Part shown: in pieces, positions 26,176-36,328 of the stretch
Position numbering within the stretch: the stretch's first letter is position 1
Layout of the letters: every line of letters starts with the position of its first letter
Origin: an uncultured Chloroflexia bacterium
GTDB lineage: Bacteria; Chloroflexota; Limnocylindria; Limnocylindrales; CSP1-4
NCBI GenBank assembly: GCA_963814115.1
Contig: CAWFBS010000006.1
Span: 267,096 to 331,095, forward strand
Direction: 5' to 3'
Length of the DNA stretch: 64,000 nt
Program-made: the position numbers and the translations under genes
The notes under the pieces: model-generated
The model's input: the letters and a program-made list of their open reading frames with translations, nothing else
What the model was told of the DNA's origin: nothing
The model's database searches: none

Positions 26176-26930
26176 CCGACGAGGCTGCCCGCCGCCAGTG
26201 GGCCGCCGTCGCGGAGCGGTATGGCGCCGGCTGGAAGCAGGCGAGCGCGCCCGACCTTACCTGGCTGGTCGCCGCCGTGCAGCCCACCCCCACCGACCGG
26301 GCGCTGGACGTCGGGACGGGCGGCGGTCACGCGGCCCTGGCGCTGGCACCGGCGGTCGCGTCGGTAGCTGCCATCGACCCGACCCCGGAGATGCTCAGCG
26401 TGGCGAGCCGCCTCGCGGCGGAACGCGGCATCACGAACATCGCCTTCACGCGGGCTGTCGCGGATGCACTTCCCTTCCCCGATGCCAGCTTCGACGTGGC
26501 GATCACACGCTTCTCGGTCCATCACTGGCCCCAGCCCGGGCTCGCGTTCCGGGAGCTCCGGCGGGTGATGCGTCCGGGCGGGCGACTGGGCATCGTGGAC
26601 CAGCTCGCACCGGAGGATGGCCCGCTCGACACGTTCCTCAACGCGGTGGAGCTGCTGCGGGATCCGTCGCATGCGCGGTCGCTCCGGGCATCGGAGTGGC
26701 TCGCGGTCCTGGCTGCGGCCGGGTTCGCGGGTCGCATGGAGCGTACGTGGGAGCTGGAGCATGAAGTCGAGGCCTGGCTCGCGACCACCGCGCCGGTCGC
26801 GTGGCGCGCCGATGCCGTCCGTGCGCTCCTGCGCGATGCGCCACCGGCTGCTCGCGAGCACTTCCGGATCAGGGAGGACGCGTCCCGGATGTCGGTCGGC
26901 TGCACGCTGATCGCCGCGACACGGGCGTAG
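26172..26930 (+). CDS. Class I SAM-dependent methyltransferase
   Basis: ALDVGTGGGH, LPFPDASFD, RFSVHHW, RVMRPGG, RDPSH. Confidence 0.88.
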   Translation: MTDEAARRQWAAVAERYGAGWKQASAPDLTWLVAAVQPTPTDRALDVGTGGGHAALALAPAVASVAAIDPTPEMLSVASRLAAERGITNIAFTRAVADALPFPDASFDVAITRFSVHHWPQPGLAFRELRRVMRPGGRLGIVDQLAPEDGPLDTFLNAVELLRDPSHARSLRASEWLAVLAAAGFAGRMERTWELEHEVEAWLATTAPVAWRADAVRALLRDAPPAAREHFRIREDASRMSVGCTLIAATRA

Positions 26931-27349
26931 CCCCGCGACGCCGCGTTGGCCGCGGGGCCGCGGGGCCGCGGGGTGCCAGCGCGCTCGTCGGCCTCTGTGC
27001 GTGAGGCGCACGATCGGGCCGCCCACGGGTCCCCCGCGCCCCTCCGCACGTCAGGACGGTGCGTCAAAGGAACGGTCTCGACCGATCCCAGCCTGATCCG
27101 GCGCAGTCCAGCCCGATCGGGCCCGATCTTGCCCGCTCGCGCTCCTCCAGCGCCCTTCCCGGTGACCGTCGGGAGCTGCCGTGGCTCCCGGATCGTGCGT
27201 CCGGCGCACAGGGAAGCCGCGTTTGCACGCGAGACGCACAAATCGGATAGGGCGGGTCGCGTCGTTGCGCGAGACGCTCAGGTGCGACGAGCCCGCCCAG
27301 GCGCGGGGAGCCCGGACGGCCCGGCCGACGAGCCCCGCGCTCCGCTCCC

Positions 27350-28831
27350 CTACCCCCGCGCGGCCCGCCGCAGCGCCACCGCGCGCCGGAAGAGCGCCGC
27401 GTAGAGCGGCGCCGACGACGTCTCCCAGGCCCAGTCCACGGCCATCCCCCGGGCCACGAGCCGCTGCCACGGTGCGCGATCGGCCGCCCCAAAGACCGCG
27501 AGTGCCCGCTCCACTGCAGCGACAAGCGCCTCCGGTGTCGCGTCGTCGAACAGGAAGCCGGTGCCGCCCGCAGGATCGGTAGCGAGGTCGACGATCGTGT
27601 CGGCCAGCCCGCCCGTGCGGCGCGCCACGGGCGGCGTGCCGTAGCGCATCGCGATCATCTGGCCCTGGCCGCAGGGCTCGAACCGGGACGGCATCAGGAA
27701 GAGGTCCGCGCCCGCGTAGATCCGCCTGGAGAGCTCACGGTCAAACCGCTCCAGCACGACGATGCGGCCGGCCGCGCGGGCCGCCTCAGCCCGGATCCCA
27801 GCCAGCAGGCTCGCGTCGCCGCTCCCCAGGACGACGAGCCGGGCGCCGCTGGCCACCAGTCTCCTCGCCGCGCCCGCGACCAGGTCGAACCCCTTCTGCG
27901 GATCGAGCCGCCCGATCACGCCGAGCACTGCCGATGCGTCGGCGGGGTCGAAGCCGATGCGCCCCAGGAGATCCGACCGGCAGGCCGCCTTGCCGGAGAG
28001 ATCCGAGGCGTCGTAACGCGCGGCCAGCGCCGCGTCGCCGGCCGGGTTCCAGAGCTGCTCGTCCAGCCCGTTGAGGATCCCGCCGAACCGGTCGCCTCGC
28101 GCGACGAGGTCGCCGTCGAGGCCCATTCCGGCCGCTGGCTTCAGGACCTCCCGGGCGTACGTCGGGCTCACGGTGTTCACCGTCTCGGCGCGCCGGATTC
28201 CCTCGCGGAGCAGGTCGATCCCCCACCCGTCCCCGGCCGCCGCCGCCGCCCTGCCCAGCCCGAGCTGGACGACTCGTTCCCGCGGTGTCCACCCGTGATA
28301 GGCGAGGTTGTGGATCGTCAGGGCGATGGCCGCCCCGCCGACGATGGGATCGTCCACGTACTCCAGGTCGCGCAGCAGGGCGACCGGACAGGCCTGCCAG
28401 TCGTGGATCGCGACCAGGTCCACCGGCCGCCGCTCCGCGCACCGGGTTTCCAGGGCGGCGCGCCCGAGCAGTCCGAAACGGCGGGGGTTGTCCGGGAAGT
28501 CGCCGTCGCTGTCCCCGTAGAAGCCGGCCCGGTCGAATGCAGCGGGGAAGTCCACGAGCCGAAGGCGATACCCGTCCGCCTGGAACGACCGGATCGCGAC
28601 CTCGCTGATGCGGCCGGGCGCAAGCGGATCGCGAACGCTGATCTGGAGCGTATCCACTGCGACCCGATCGGGGATGGACACGCTGGCATAGCGAGGCAGG
28701 AAGACCTCCACCTGGCCATCGACCGCGCCCGGGATCCGACCGAGAGACCGGGCCAGCGCATCGACGACGTCGCCGAGACCGCCGGTCTTGGCCCAGGGCT
28801 CGCATTCCGCTGCGACGAACACCACCTGCAT
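27350..28831 (-). CDS. glgA: Glycogen synthase
   Basis: KTGGLGDV, HDWQ, TIHNLAYHG, TVSPTYA, RLDPQKGFD, PSRFEPCG. Confidence 0.95.
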   Translation of the reverse strand: MQVVFVAAECEPWAKTGGLGDVVDALARSLGRIPGAVDGQVEVFLPRYASVSIPDRVAVDTLQISVRDPLAPGRISEVAIRSFQADGYRLRLVDFPAAFDRAGFYGDSDGDFPDNPRRFGLLGRAALETRCAERRPVDLVAIHDWQACPVALLRDLEYVDDPIVGGAAIALTIHNLAYHGWTPRERVVQLGLGRAAAAAGDGWGIDLLREGIRRAETVNTVSPTYAREVLKPAAGMGLDGDLVARGDRFGGILNGLDEQLWNPAGDAALAARYDASDLSGKAACRSDLLGRIGFDPADASAVLGVIGRLDPQKGFDLVAGAARRLVASGARLVVLGSGDASLLAGIRAEAARAAGRIVVLERFDRELSRRIYAGADLFLMPSRFEPCGQGQMIAMRYGTPPVARRTGGLADTIVDLATDPAGGTGFLFDDATPEALVAAVERALAVFGAADRAPWQRLVARGMAVDWAWETSSAPLYAALFRRAVALRRAARG

Positions 28832-28919
28832 GGGGCGCGATGGTAGCCCGCGGGATGGCTCGCGCGCCACCTAAACCGGTTCACGCCGCCAATGCTCCTC
28901 CGGTATGATCCCGGCGAAT

Positions 28920-31145
28920 ATGGTTCCCCTCGTCCGTGTCCCGACCCAGCCCACGGTCCCGATTCGCGTCCCGCCACAGTTCGACGGCCTGCGCACGCTC
29001 GCCTACAACCTCTGGTGGATGTGGCACCCACGGGCGGCGCTGCTCTTCAGCCGTCTCGAGCCGAACATCTGGTCGCGCTACCGCAACCCGGTCGACCTGC
29101 TCCAGGGCGCCATCAACTGGGAGCCACTCCTGGACGACCCCGCCTTCATCGCCGAATACCACGGGGTGATGGAGTCGTTCGAGCACTATCTCGCGAACGG
29201 GGCCGACCACTGGTTCAACCGGCATCACGCTGGCCACCTGTCGGGACCGATCGCCTATTTCTGCGCCGAATATGGCTTCCACGAGTCTCTGGGCATCTAC
29301 TCCGGCGGGCTCGGCGTGCTCGCCGGCGACCACATGAAGGCAGCCAGCGACATGGCGCTGCCACTGGTCGGGGTGGGCCTCCTCTACCGCCGCGGGTTCT
29401 TCCGCCAGACGATCGACGCGGACGGGCACCAGCAGCACGAGTACCCCGACTACGATCTGGGCCGCCTCCCGTTCCAGCGCGTGCTGAACCACGTGGGCGA
29501 CCCGCTGACCGTCCCCGTCGAGCTGCCCGGACGGGTGGTCTCCGCGGCCGTCTGGCTTCTCCAGGTCGGCCGCGTGCCCGTGCTGCTGCTCGACACCGAC
29601 CACTCCGGCAACGATGACGCGGACCGCCACATCACCCACATCCTCTATGTCCGCGGACGGGAGATGCGGCTCCACCAGGAGATGGTGCTGGGCGTCGGCG
29701 GCGTGCGGGCACTTCGCTCACTGGGCGTGGCCCCAGCTGTGTGGCACCTGAACGAGGGTCACTCGGCATTCCTTCTCGCTGAGCGTGCGCGTGAGCTCGT
29801 GGCGACAGGTGTGTCGCTCGAGGACGCCTGGGCCGCCGTGAGACGCAACAGCGTCTTCACGATCCACACGCCGGTCTCGGCCGGCAACGAGCGCTTCGAC
29901 GCGCAGCTCGTGCGGCGGATCGCGGGGCCCTTCTGCGAGGGCGAGGGCGATGAGAAATCCGGCCCGGGGAGGGCCGGCCGCGTGCCGCTCGACGAGGTCC
30001 TGCGCCTGGGCCTTGGTGTCGACGGGGACCCCTCCCAGTTCGACATGACCGCCTTCAGTCTCCGCCTGTCGAACGGGGCCAACGCGGTCTCCATGCTTCA
30101 CGCGGAGACAGCCAACAGGACCTGGGAGCCGATCGTGGGCTCGCGAACGATCCTGGGCATCACGAATGGGGTGCACACGCCAACGTGGGTGGGCCGGGCC
30201 ACCCGCGAGCTCCTGGAGCGGCACCTCGACGTCGACATGGATGACCTGGACGGCAGGACCGACAGCGGGCACTTCTGGGAGCGCATCGGGCGACTGCCGG
30301 ACAGGGAGCTCTGGGAGGCGCACGGGTATCAGAAGCGCGAGCTGGCAATCTTTGCGCGCCAGCGGCTGCTCTCGCAGCTGGCCCGCCACGGCGAGTCGCC
30401 CGCCACCCTCCGCGAGATCGAGACGGCAATCGACCCCAGGATCCTCACGATCGGGTTCGCCCGTCGTTTCGCCACCTATAAGCGAGCGCAGCTCCTATTC
30501 AGCGACATGGATCGCCTGGCGCGGCTGGTCTGGAGCGCCGACCGACCGGTCCAGTTCGTCTTCGCGGGCAAGGCGCACCCAGCGGACCGGCCCGGCCAGC
30601 AGGTGATCCAGGCGATCTTCGAGCGCAGCCGCTCCGCGGAGCTGGGCGGGCGCGTCTTCGTCCTCGAGGACTACAACATCCGGGTCGCGAAGCTGCTGGT
30701 CCGCGGCGTGGACGTCTGGCTCAACAACCCGCGCCGTCCGCTCGAAGCCTCCGGGACGTCCGGGATGAAGGCGTCGGCCAACGGCGTCGTGAACCTGTCC
30801 GTGCTCGATGGGTGGTGGGACGAAGGCTGGACCGGGGACAACGGCTGGGCGATCGGGGGCCGTGTCTCCAATCCGGACGAAGGCGCCCAGGATTGGGCGG
30901 ACGCGCTGGATCTCTACCGGATCCTGGAGGACGAGGTTGTCCCCCGCTACTACGAGCGGAGCGCTGCCGGGCTCCCGCACGAGTGGCTGGCGCTCATGAA
31001 ACGATCGATGAGCACCACCATCTGGCGCTTCTCGACCACGCGCATGCTCCACGAGTACGTGGAGCAGCTGTACCTGCCAGCTGCGGGCGTCGACGTCGCG
31101 GCGCTCGCAGCGAGCCGGCCCAGGCACGTCACCGAGGCGGGCTGA
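28920..31145 (+). CDS. glgP: Alpha-glucan phosphorylase
   Basis: YSGGLGVLAGDH, HLNEGH, ITNGVH, ARRFATYKRA, EASGTSGMK. Confidence 0.95.
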   Translation: MVPLVRVPTQPTVPIRVPPQFDGLRTLAYNLWWMWHPRAALLFSRLEPNIWSRYRNPVDLLQGAINWEPLLDDPAFIAEYHGVMESFEHYLANGADHWFNRHHAGHLSGPIAYFCAEYGFHESLGIYSGGLGVLAGDHMKAASDMALPLVGVGLLYRRGFFRQTIDADGHQQHEYPDYDLGRLPFQRVLNHVGDPLTVPVELPGRVVSAAVWLLQVGRVPVLLLDTDHSGNDDADRHITHILYVRGREMRLHQEMVLGVGGVRALRSLGVAPAVWHLNEGHSAFLLAERARELVATGVSLEDAWAAVRRNSVFTIHTPVSAGNERFDAQLVRRIAGPFCEGEGDEKSGPGRAGRVPLDEVLRLGLGVDGDPSQFDMTAFSLRLSNGANAVSMLHAETANRTWEPIVGSRTILGITNGVHTPTWVGRATRELLERHLDVDMDDLDGRTDSGHFWERIGRLPDRELWEAHGYQKRELAIFARQRLLSQLARHGESPATLREIETAIDPRILTIGFARRFATYKRAQLLFSDMDRLARLVWSADRPVQFVFAGKAHPADRPGQQVIQAIFERSRSAELGGRVFVLEDYNIRVAKLLVRGVDVWLNNPRRPLEASGTSGMKASANGVVNLSVLDGWWDEGWTGDNGWAIGGRVSNPDEGAQDWADALDLYRILEDEVVPRYYERSAAGLPHEWLALMKRSMSTTIWRFSTTRMLHEYVEQLYLPAAGVDVAALAASRPRHVTEAG

Positions 31146-31191
31146 GCGAATCTGCCGGGCCGGCCCGGGAGCGACAGGCAAGGGAGGACTC

Positions 31192-33384
31192 GTGGCGCAG
31201 CGGATCTCGCTGGCTCTGGCGCTGCATAACCACCAGCCGGTGGGCAACTTCGGCTGGGTCTTCGGCGATGTCTACGACACGGCCTACCGGCCCATGCTCG
31301 ACGCCCTGGACCGGCATCCCCGCGTGCGCCTCGCCCTCCACTACACGGGTCCGCTGCTCGACTGGCTGCGCGCCGAGCGACCGGAGTTCATCGACCGCCT
31401 GGCAGGGCTCGTGGCCCGGGGCCAGGTGGAGCTTCTTGGGGGCGGCTACTACGAACCCGTCCTCGCCTCGCTGCCGGAGCGCGATCGCGTCGGGCAGCTC
31501 TGCAAGATGGCCGACGAGATCCAGCAAATCACGGGGCGCCGTCCGCGTGGCGCCTGGCTGGCCGAGCGGGTCTGGGAGCCGGACCTGCCGACCGCGCTTG
31601 TCGAGGGCGGGTACGACTGGACCATCCTGGACGACAACCACTTCCGGGCAGCGGCGATCCCGGAGGAGAAACTGTGGGGTCCGTACACCACGGATGACCA
31701 GGGCAGCATCCTGACGGTCTTCGGGACGGAGAAAGGCCTTCGCTACCGGATCCCGTTCGGCGACGTCGACGACGTGATCGCCTACCTGCGCGACCACGCG
31801 ACCGAGGAGGGCGACCGAGTCGGGATGATGGGCGACGACGGCGAAAAGTTCGGGTCGTGGCCCACCACCTGGGAGCACTGCTGGGGCGCCAACCGCTGGG
31901 TCGACCGCTTCTTCGAGGCGCTCGAGGCGAACGCGGCCTGGCTGACCACCACCACGCCGTCCGATTGGCTGGACCGGAACGCACCGATCGGCCGCGTGTA
32001 CGTGCCCACGGCCTCGTATGCGGAGATGGGTGAGTGGGCGCTCCCGCCAGACGAGAGCCGCGTCTTCACCAGCCTGCTCCATGCCGCGGAGGCGGCCGGG
32101 CGGCCGGAGGCGCGGTATCTGCGCGGCGGGTTCTGGCGCAACTTCCAGATCAAGTACCGCGAGATCAACGACCTCCACAAGCAGATGCTTCGCACCTCGC
32201 TGAAAGTCCACGCGATGCCGGCTGGCCCGGCCCGGCTCGCCGCGCTCGACCACCTGTTCAAGGGCCAGTCCAACGACTGTTACTGGCACGGCCTGTTCGG
32301 CGGGATCTACATCAGCCACATGCGGCTCGCCACCTACGAGCACCTGGTCGCCGCCGAGGATGCCGCCGACCGGACGGCCCGCAGCGCCGGCGCGCTCCCC
32401 GGACCGGACGGCGTGCGCACCGCGGACGTGGACCTGGACGGCATCGACGAGGTGGTCCTCGCAACGCCGGGGCAGGTCGTGGTCGTCAAGCCCTCCGAGG
32501 GTGCCGGCATCGGGAGCTGGGACGTACGCGCCGTGCGCCACGCGCTGGGGGCGGTGCTCCGACGTCGCCCGGAAGCCTCCCACGCGACGCTCGTGGAGCA
32601 CGAGCGCGCCAGCGCGGCGCACGCTGCGGGTTCGAACGAGGGCGACGGCGTCGGGTCGATCCATGACCGCGTCGCGACCAAGGAGGCGGGCCTCGCCAGC
32701 CGGCTCTACTACGACGCCTACGAGCGGCGCTCCGGGCTGGTCCACCTCCTGCCCGCAGGGACGACGCCGGGAGCGTTCGCGCGCGCCGAGATCGAGGAGC
32801 TGGCCGACTTCGTCGACGCACCATACCGGGTCCTGGAGGCCGTCAGCGCCGCCGCCGGGGGCCATGTTCGGGTCGTGCGGAGCGGCCACGTCCGAACGTC
32901 GGCCGGTCCCGTCCCCGCGGTCGTGGAGAAGCGGATCGAGGTCGGGGGCAGCCGCCGGAACCCGACGCTGACCGTCGAGGTCAGCCTGGAGAACGTCGGC
33001 GAGGTCCCGATCACCGGACTCTTCGCGATCGAGTGGGCCACGACCATGCTCGGCGGCGGGGCGAACCCGGCCGCCTATTGGGTCCTTGGCGGCGAGCGCG
33101 TCCCCCATGACAGCACGGCCAGCCGAGCCGCGGTGACGTCGCTTCGGTCCGGGAACGACTATGTGGGGCTCGACGTGGCGACCGAGGTCACACCGGCGGC
33201 GGATGCGTGGATCGCCCCGATCGAGACGATCTCGAACTCGGAAGCCGGGTTCGAACGCGTCTACCAGGGCTCGGCACTGCTCCTGACGTGGCCGCTGGAC
33301 CTCGCGGCGGGCGCCCGGATGTCCGCGCGGGTCGAGCACGTCCTCTCGACAAGCCGGGACCGGGCCGAGGAGGAGGGGCTCTAG
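31192..33384 (+). CDS. GH57 alpha-amylase / 4-alpha-glucanotransferase
   Basis: HNHQPVGN, GGYYEP, WLAERVWEP, GDDGEKFG, QSNDCYWHGLFGGIY, SNSEAGFERVYQG. Confidence 0.9.
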   Translation: MAQRISLALALHNHQPVGNFGWVFGDVYDTAYRPMLDALDRHPRVRLALHYTGPLLDWLRAERPEFIDRLAGLVARGQVELLGGGYYEPVLASLPERDRVGQLCKMADEIQQITGRRPRGAWLAERVWEPDLPTALVEGGYDWTILDDNHFRAAAIPEEKLWGPYTTDDQGSILTVFGTEKGLRYRIPFGDVDDVIAYLRDHATEEGDRVGMMGDDGEKFGSWPTTWEHCWGANRWVDRFFEALEANAAWLTTTTPSDWLDRNAPIGRVYVPTASYAEMGEWALPPDESRVFTSLLHAAEAAGRPEARYLRGGFWRNFQIKYREINDLHKQMLRTSLKVHAMPAGPARLAALDHLFKGQSNDCYWHGLFGGIYISHMRLATYEHLVAAEDAADRTARSAGALPGPDGVRTADVDLDGIDEVVLATPGQVVVVKPSEGAGIGSWDVRAVRHALGAVLRRRPEASHATLVEHERASAAHAAGSNEGDGVGSIHDRVATKEAGLASRLYYDAYERRSGLVHLLPAGTTPGAFARAEIEELADFVDAPYRVLEAVSAAAGGHVRVVRSGHVRTSAGPVPAVVEKRIEVGGSRRNPTLTVEVSLENVGEVPITGLFAIEWATTMLGGGANPAAYWVLGGERVPHDSTASRAAVTSLRSGNDYVGLDVATEVTPAADAWIAPIETISNSEAGFERVYQGSALLLTWPLDLAAGARMSARVEHVLSTSRDRAEEEGL

Positions 33385-33416
33385 GTGATGCGCGCGAACG
33401 GGCGCCCGGCCCGGTG

Positions 33417-34859
33417 ATGCGCGGCCGCCTGGCCATTCACGGCCACTTCTACCAGCCTGGGCGGCGCGACCCGTTCACCGGCCTGCTCCCGGACGACCCC
33501 GCGGCCGCGCCGTTCCCGAACTGGAACGCGCGGATCACGGCGGAGTGCTATCGCCCGAACGCGGAGCGAGGGAACCTGGACCGGATCAGCTTCGACGTCG
33601 GGCCAACCCTGACGGCCTGGCTGGCGTCCGAGGAACCGACGACACTGGCGCGGATCGTGGCCGCCGACCATGGGGTGAATGCAGTCGCGCAGGGCTTCCA
33701 CCACGCGATCCTTCCCCTGGCCTCGGCGCGCGACCGGACCACCGAGATTCGCTGGGGGCTCCGCGATTTCGCATTCCGGTTTGGCCGCCCGGCGACGATC
33801 TTCTGGCTGCCCGAGGCGGCGGTTGACCTCCCGACGCTGCGGGAGATGGCACGCCAGGGCGTCAAGGCCACGATCCTCGCCCCCTGGCAGGCCGCCACGC
33901 CGGGCATCGAGACCCGTCGGCCCCATCGGGTGCAGCTTGGCGGCGGCCTCGAGATGATCGTGGTGTTCTATGACGGCGAGCTGTCCGGGGCGGTCTCGTT
34001 CCAGCCCGAGACCACGGCCGACGCCGACCGGTTCGCACGAGAGCTGGTCCTGCCCGCGCTGGCGGCCCCCCTCCATCGCGACGGCTCGCACCGGCGCGAG
34101 GTGGGCGCGCCCCTGGTGCTCGTTGCCACCGACGGTGAGCTGTACGGCCATCACCAGCGCTGGCGCGATCTCTTCCTCGCACGGCTGACCGACCCGGAGG
34201 AGGACCGCGGCTTCGACGTGGTCTCCCTCGGCCGAGCACTCGCGGCGGAGGACGCAGTGTCGTTCCCGCTGGTGCGAACCGCCGACCGGACGTCCTGGAG
34301 CTGCCATCACGGCGTCCTGCGCTGGTCCGGCGAGTGCCCCTGCGCGCCGGACGGGCGCTGGAAGGGGCCGCTTCGCGCGGCGCTCGAGCGACTCGCGGCG
34401 GGCGTGGACGCGGTCACGGAGCTCCTCGCCGCCGACATGCCGGGGCGCGGCGGTGGCCGGCGCGAAGGCGTGACCCTGGACCCCTGGGCAGCTCGGAACG
34501 CCTACGTCGACGTCGTGATCGGGGCAACGCCGCCTGCTTCGTTCGCCGCTGCGCAGCTCGCTGCCGGCACAGGGGACGCCACCTCGCGCCGCCTGCTCGA
34601 CCTGATGGAGGCCCAGCGCTGGCGCCTGGCGATGTTCGCCTCCGACGGGTGGTACTGGGACGACCCGGCTCGCCCGGAGACGCACCAGATCCTGCGCTGC
34701 GCCGCCTGGACTGCCCGCACGGTCGACCGGCTGGCCGGAACGCATCTCGAGCGTCGCCTGGAGGAGGATCTGGCCCTGTTCGTGTCCCCGTCGCAGGGGA
34801 TCGACGGTCACGGCCTGTACCGGGCTGCCCTCGCGGAGGTCGGCCGGACCGACGACTAG
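33417..34859 (+). CDS. GH57-type protein (DUF3536 family)
   Basis: IHGHFYQP, NWNARITAECYRPN, FWLPEAAV, ATDGELYGHH, SWSCHHGV, MFASDGWYW. Confidence 0.85.
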   Translation: MRGRLAIHGHFYQPGRRDPFTGLLPDDPAAAPFPNWNARITAECYRPNAERGNLDRISFDVGPTLTAWLASEEPTTLARIVAADHGVNAVAQGFHHAILPLASARDRTTEIRWGLRDFAFRFGRPATIFWLPEAAVDLPTLREMARQGVKATILAPWQAATPGIETRRPHRVQLGGGLEMIVVFYDGELSGAVSFQPETTADADRFARELVLPALAAPLHRDGSHRREVGAPLVLVATDGELYGHHQRWRDLFLARLTDPEEDRGFDVVSLGRALAAEDAVSFPLVRTADRTSWSCHHGVLRWSGECPCAPDGRWKGPLRAALERLAAGVDAVTELLAADMPGRGGGRREGVTLDPWAARNAYVDVVIGATPPASFAAAQLAAGTGDATSRRLLDLMEAQRWRLAMFASDGWYWDDPARPETHQILRCAAWTARTVDRLAGTHLERRLEEDLALFVSPSQGIDGHGLYRAALAEVGRTDD

Positions 34860-34874
34860 GCCGGCCAGGAATCA

Positions 34875-34903
34875 GTGAACCGCCGGCACGGCCGGCGGTT
34901 CAC
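34875..34903. terminator. Perfect 13-bp hairpin between convergent genes
   Basis: GTGAACCGCCGGC-ACG-GCCGGCGGTTCAC; no U-tract. Confidence 0.55.
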
Positions 34904-34964
34904 GAGGCTCGGTTTGGCGAAGAGGGGGAGGGAGGGGGCCTCGCCGAGCGGAGACGCGCGAAGA

Positions 34965-35096
34965 TCAGGCGGCGCCGTGAACTGGTGCGTGCGGGTCGTC
35001 GAGGTCGAAGCGCGTGTCCACGCCAACCTCGGCTGCGCTCGCCGCGAGGACAGCGAGGCCAGTCAGGATCGCCAGGATGATGACGAAGATACCCAT
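34965..35096 (-). CDS. Small single-pass membrane protein (43 aa)
   Basis: MGIFVIILAILTGLAVLAASAAEVGVDTRFDLDD..; divergent from GntR. Confidence 0.6.
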   Translation of the reverse strand: MGIFVIILAILTGLAVLAASAAEVGVDTRFDLDDPHAPVHGAA

Positions 35097-35139
35097 CAGA
35101 ATTGAGGCCTCGAGCAGCGGCCGGGTGGCCGCGGTTGAT

Positions 35140-35176
35140 ATAGTCAACTAGAACATGTGCAGCATAGTTGGACTAT
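35140..35176. promoter_or_regulatory. Two palindromic operator-like sites
   Basis: TAGT-CA-ACTA and ATAGT-TGG-ACTAT in an AT-rich patch of the divergent promoter region. Confidence 0.6.
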
Positions 35177-35182
35177 CGGGCT

Positions 35183-36328
35183 ATGTCAATGGGTGATCCG
35201 TCGGGTGATCCGTCCCACAGCCCCGACCGTCCCTGGTGGCGCGACGACCCGACCATCGGGCGCACCGTCCGGCCGGGCGAATCAGCGGGGGTCGCACCCG
35301 CGCTTGCACCCGCGGCGTCGGCAGCGCCCGGCGGCTCGCTGGACATCGCCCGGGATTCGGATGTGCCGATCTCCACCCAGCTCTACTGGCAGCTGGCGTA
35401 CCAGATCGACACGGGCCGCCTCCACCCGGGCTCGCGACTCCCGGCGGTGCGCGAGCTTGGCGCGATCCTCCACGTCAACCCGAACACGGTTCGGGCGGTC
35501 TACAAACGGCTGGCCGAGGCAGGCTACGTCGTGTCGCGCCAGGGCGCGGGCACGCGCGTCACGGCCCGCGCGCCCCAACGCCGCACCTCCGGCTCACTGG
35601 AGAGCCTCGTCGCCGATCTCCTCCGCACGGCCGCACGCTCCGGCTACTCGGCCGACGAGGTGGCCTCGGCCGTCTACTCGGCCGCGGCCGAACGGAAGCG
35701 ACCCGGGCCGCGAATCGAGATCCTGTTCGTCGAGTGCACGACTGCCGACGCGCAACGCGCGGCCGAGCGGATCGCCGAGTCGTTCGATGGCCTGGCCGAC
35801 GCGGACGGCGTCCTCATCGACCTGGTCGACGACAGGCTTGAGCGCTTCCATTACGACCTGGTCGCAACGTCCACGTTCCACGCCGACGAGACGATCGCGC
35901 TGGTGAAGGGCCGCGCCCCGGTGATCGCGATGCTCGCCGCGCCCTCGTACGCGGAGCTGCTCGACGAAGTCCGGGCGCTGCCGCGAGGCAGCCGGGTCGG
36001 CCTCGTCTGCGCAACAGAGCGGAGCACGCAGAACATCGCCCACTGGCTGCAGGAGTCGGGAGGGGCGGGCGTGGAGCTGTTGACCGCGCTCCTCGGCGAC
36101 GAGCCAGCCCTTGACCTTGCCAACCGGTCCGCCGACCTGCTGCTCCTGACCCGCGAGGCGCTCGAGATCGGGCTGGCCTCCCGTTTCGGCCGGCAGGAGC
36201 GGATCCGGGAGTGGACCTACGACCTGGACCCGGCCGGGATCGAGCTCCTGCGCCGGGCGATCGAACGGATCCGCGCGGCCCGCGGCCCCCGCATGGCGTC
36301 CGCCGAAGGATCCGCCGGAGCGGAATAG
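35183..36328 (+). CDS. GntR (YtrA-like wHTH) regulator with long C-terminal alpha/beta region
   Basis: VPISTQL..LHPGSRLPAVRELG..VNPNTVRAVY..SRQGAGT. Confidence 0.88.
   Translation: MSMGDPSGDPSHSPDRPWWRDDPTIGRTVRPGESAGVAPALAPAASAAPGGSLDIARDSDVPISTQLYWQLAYQIDTGRLHPGSRLPAVRELGAILHVNPNTVRAVYKRLAEAGYVVSRQGAGTRVTARAPQRRTSGSLESLVADLLRTAARSGYSADEVASAVYSAAAERKRPGPRIEILFVECTTADAQRAAERIAESFDGLADADGVLIDLVDDRLERFHYDLVATSTFHADETIALVKGRAPVIAMLAAPSYAELLDEVRALPRGSRVGLVCATERSTQNIAHWLQESGGAGVELLTALLGDEPALDLANRSADLLLLTREALEIGLASRFGRQERIREWTYDLDPAGIELLRRAIERIRAARGPRMASAEGSAGAE

Noticed and set aside
25863-26930. Apparent DUF2277-methyltransferase fusion ORF
   Set aside because: A GTGA start/stop overlap at 26172-26175 in another frame suggests two coupled genes joined by an indel; indels occur elsewhere in this sequence
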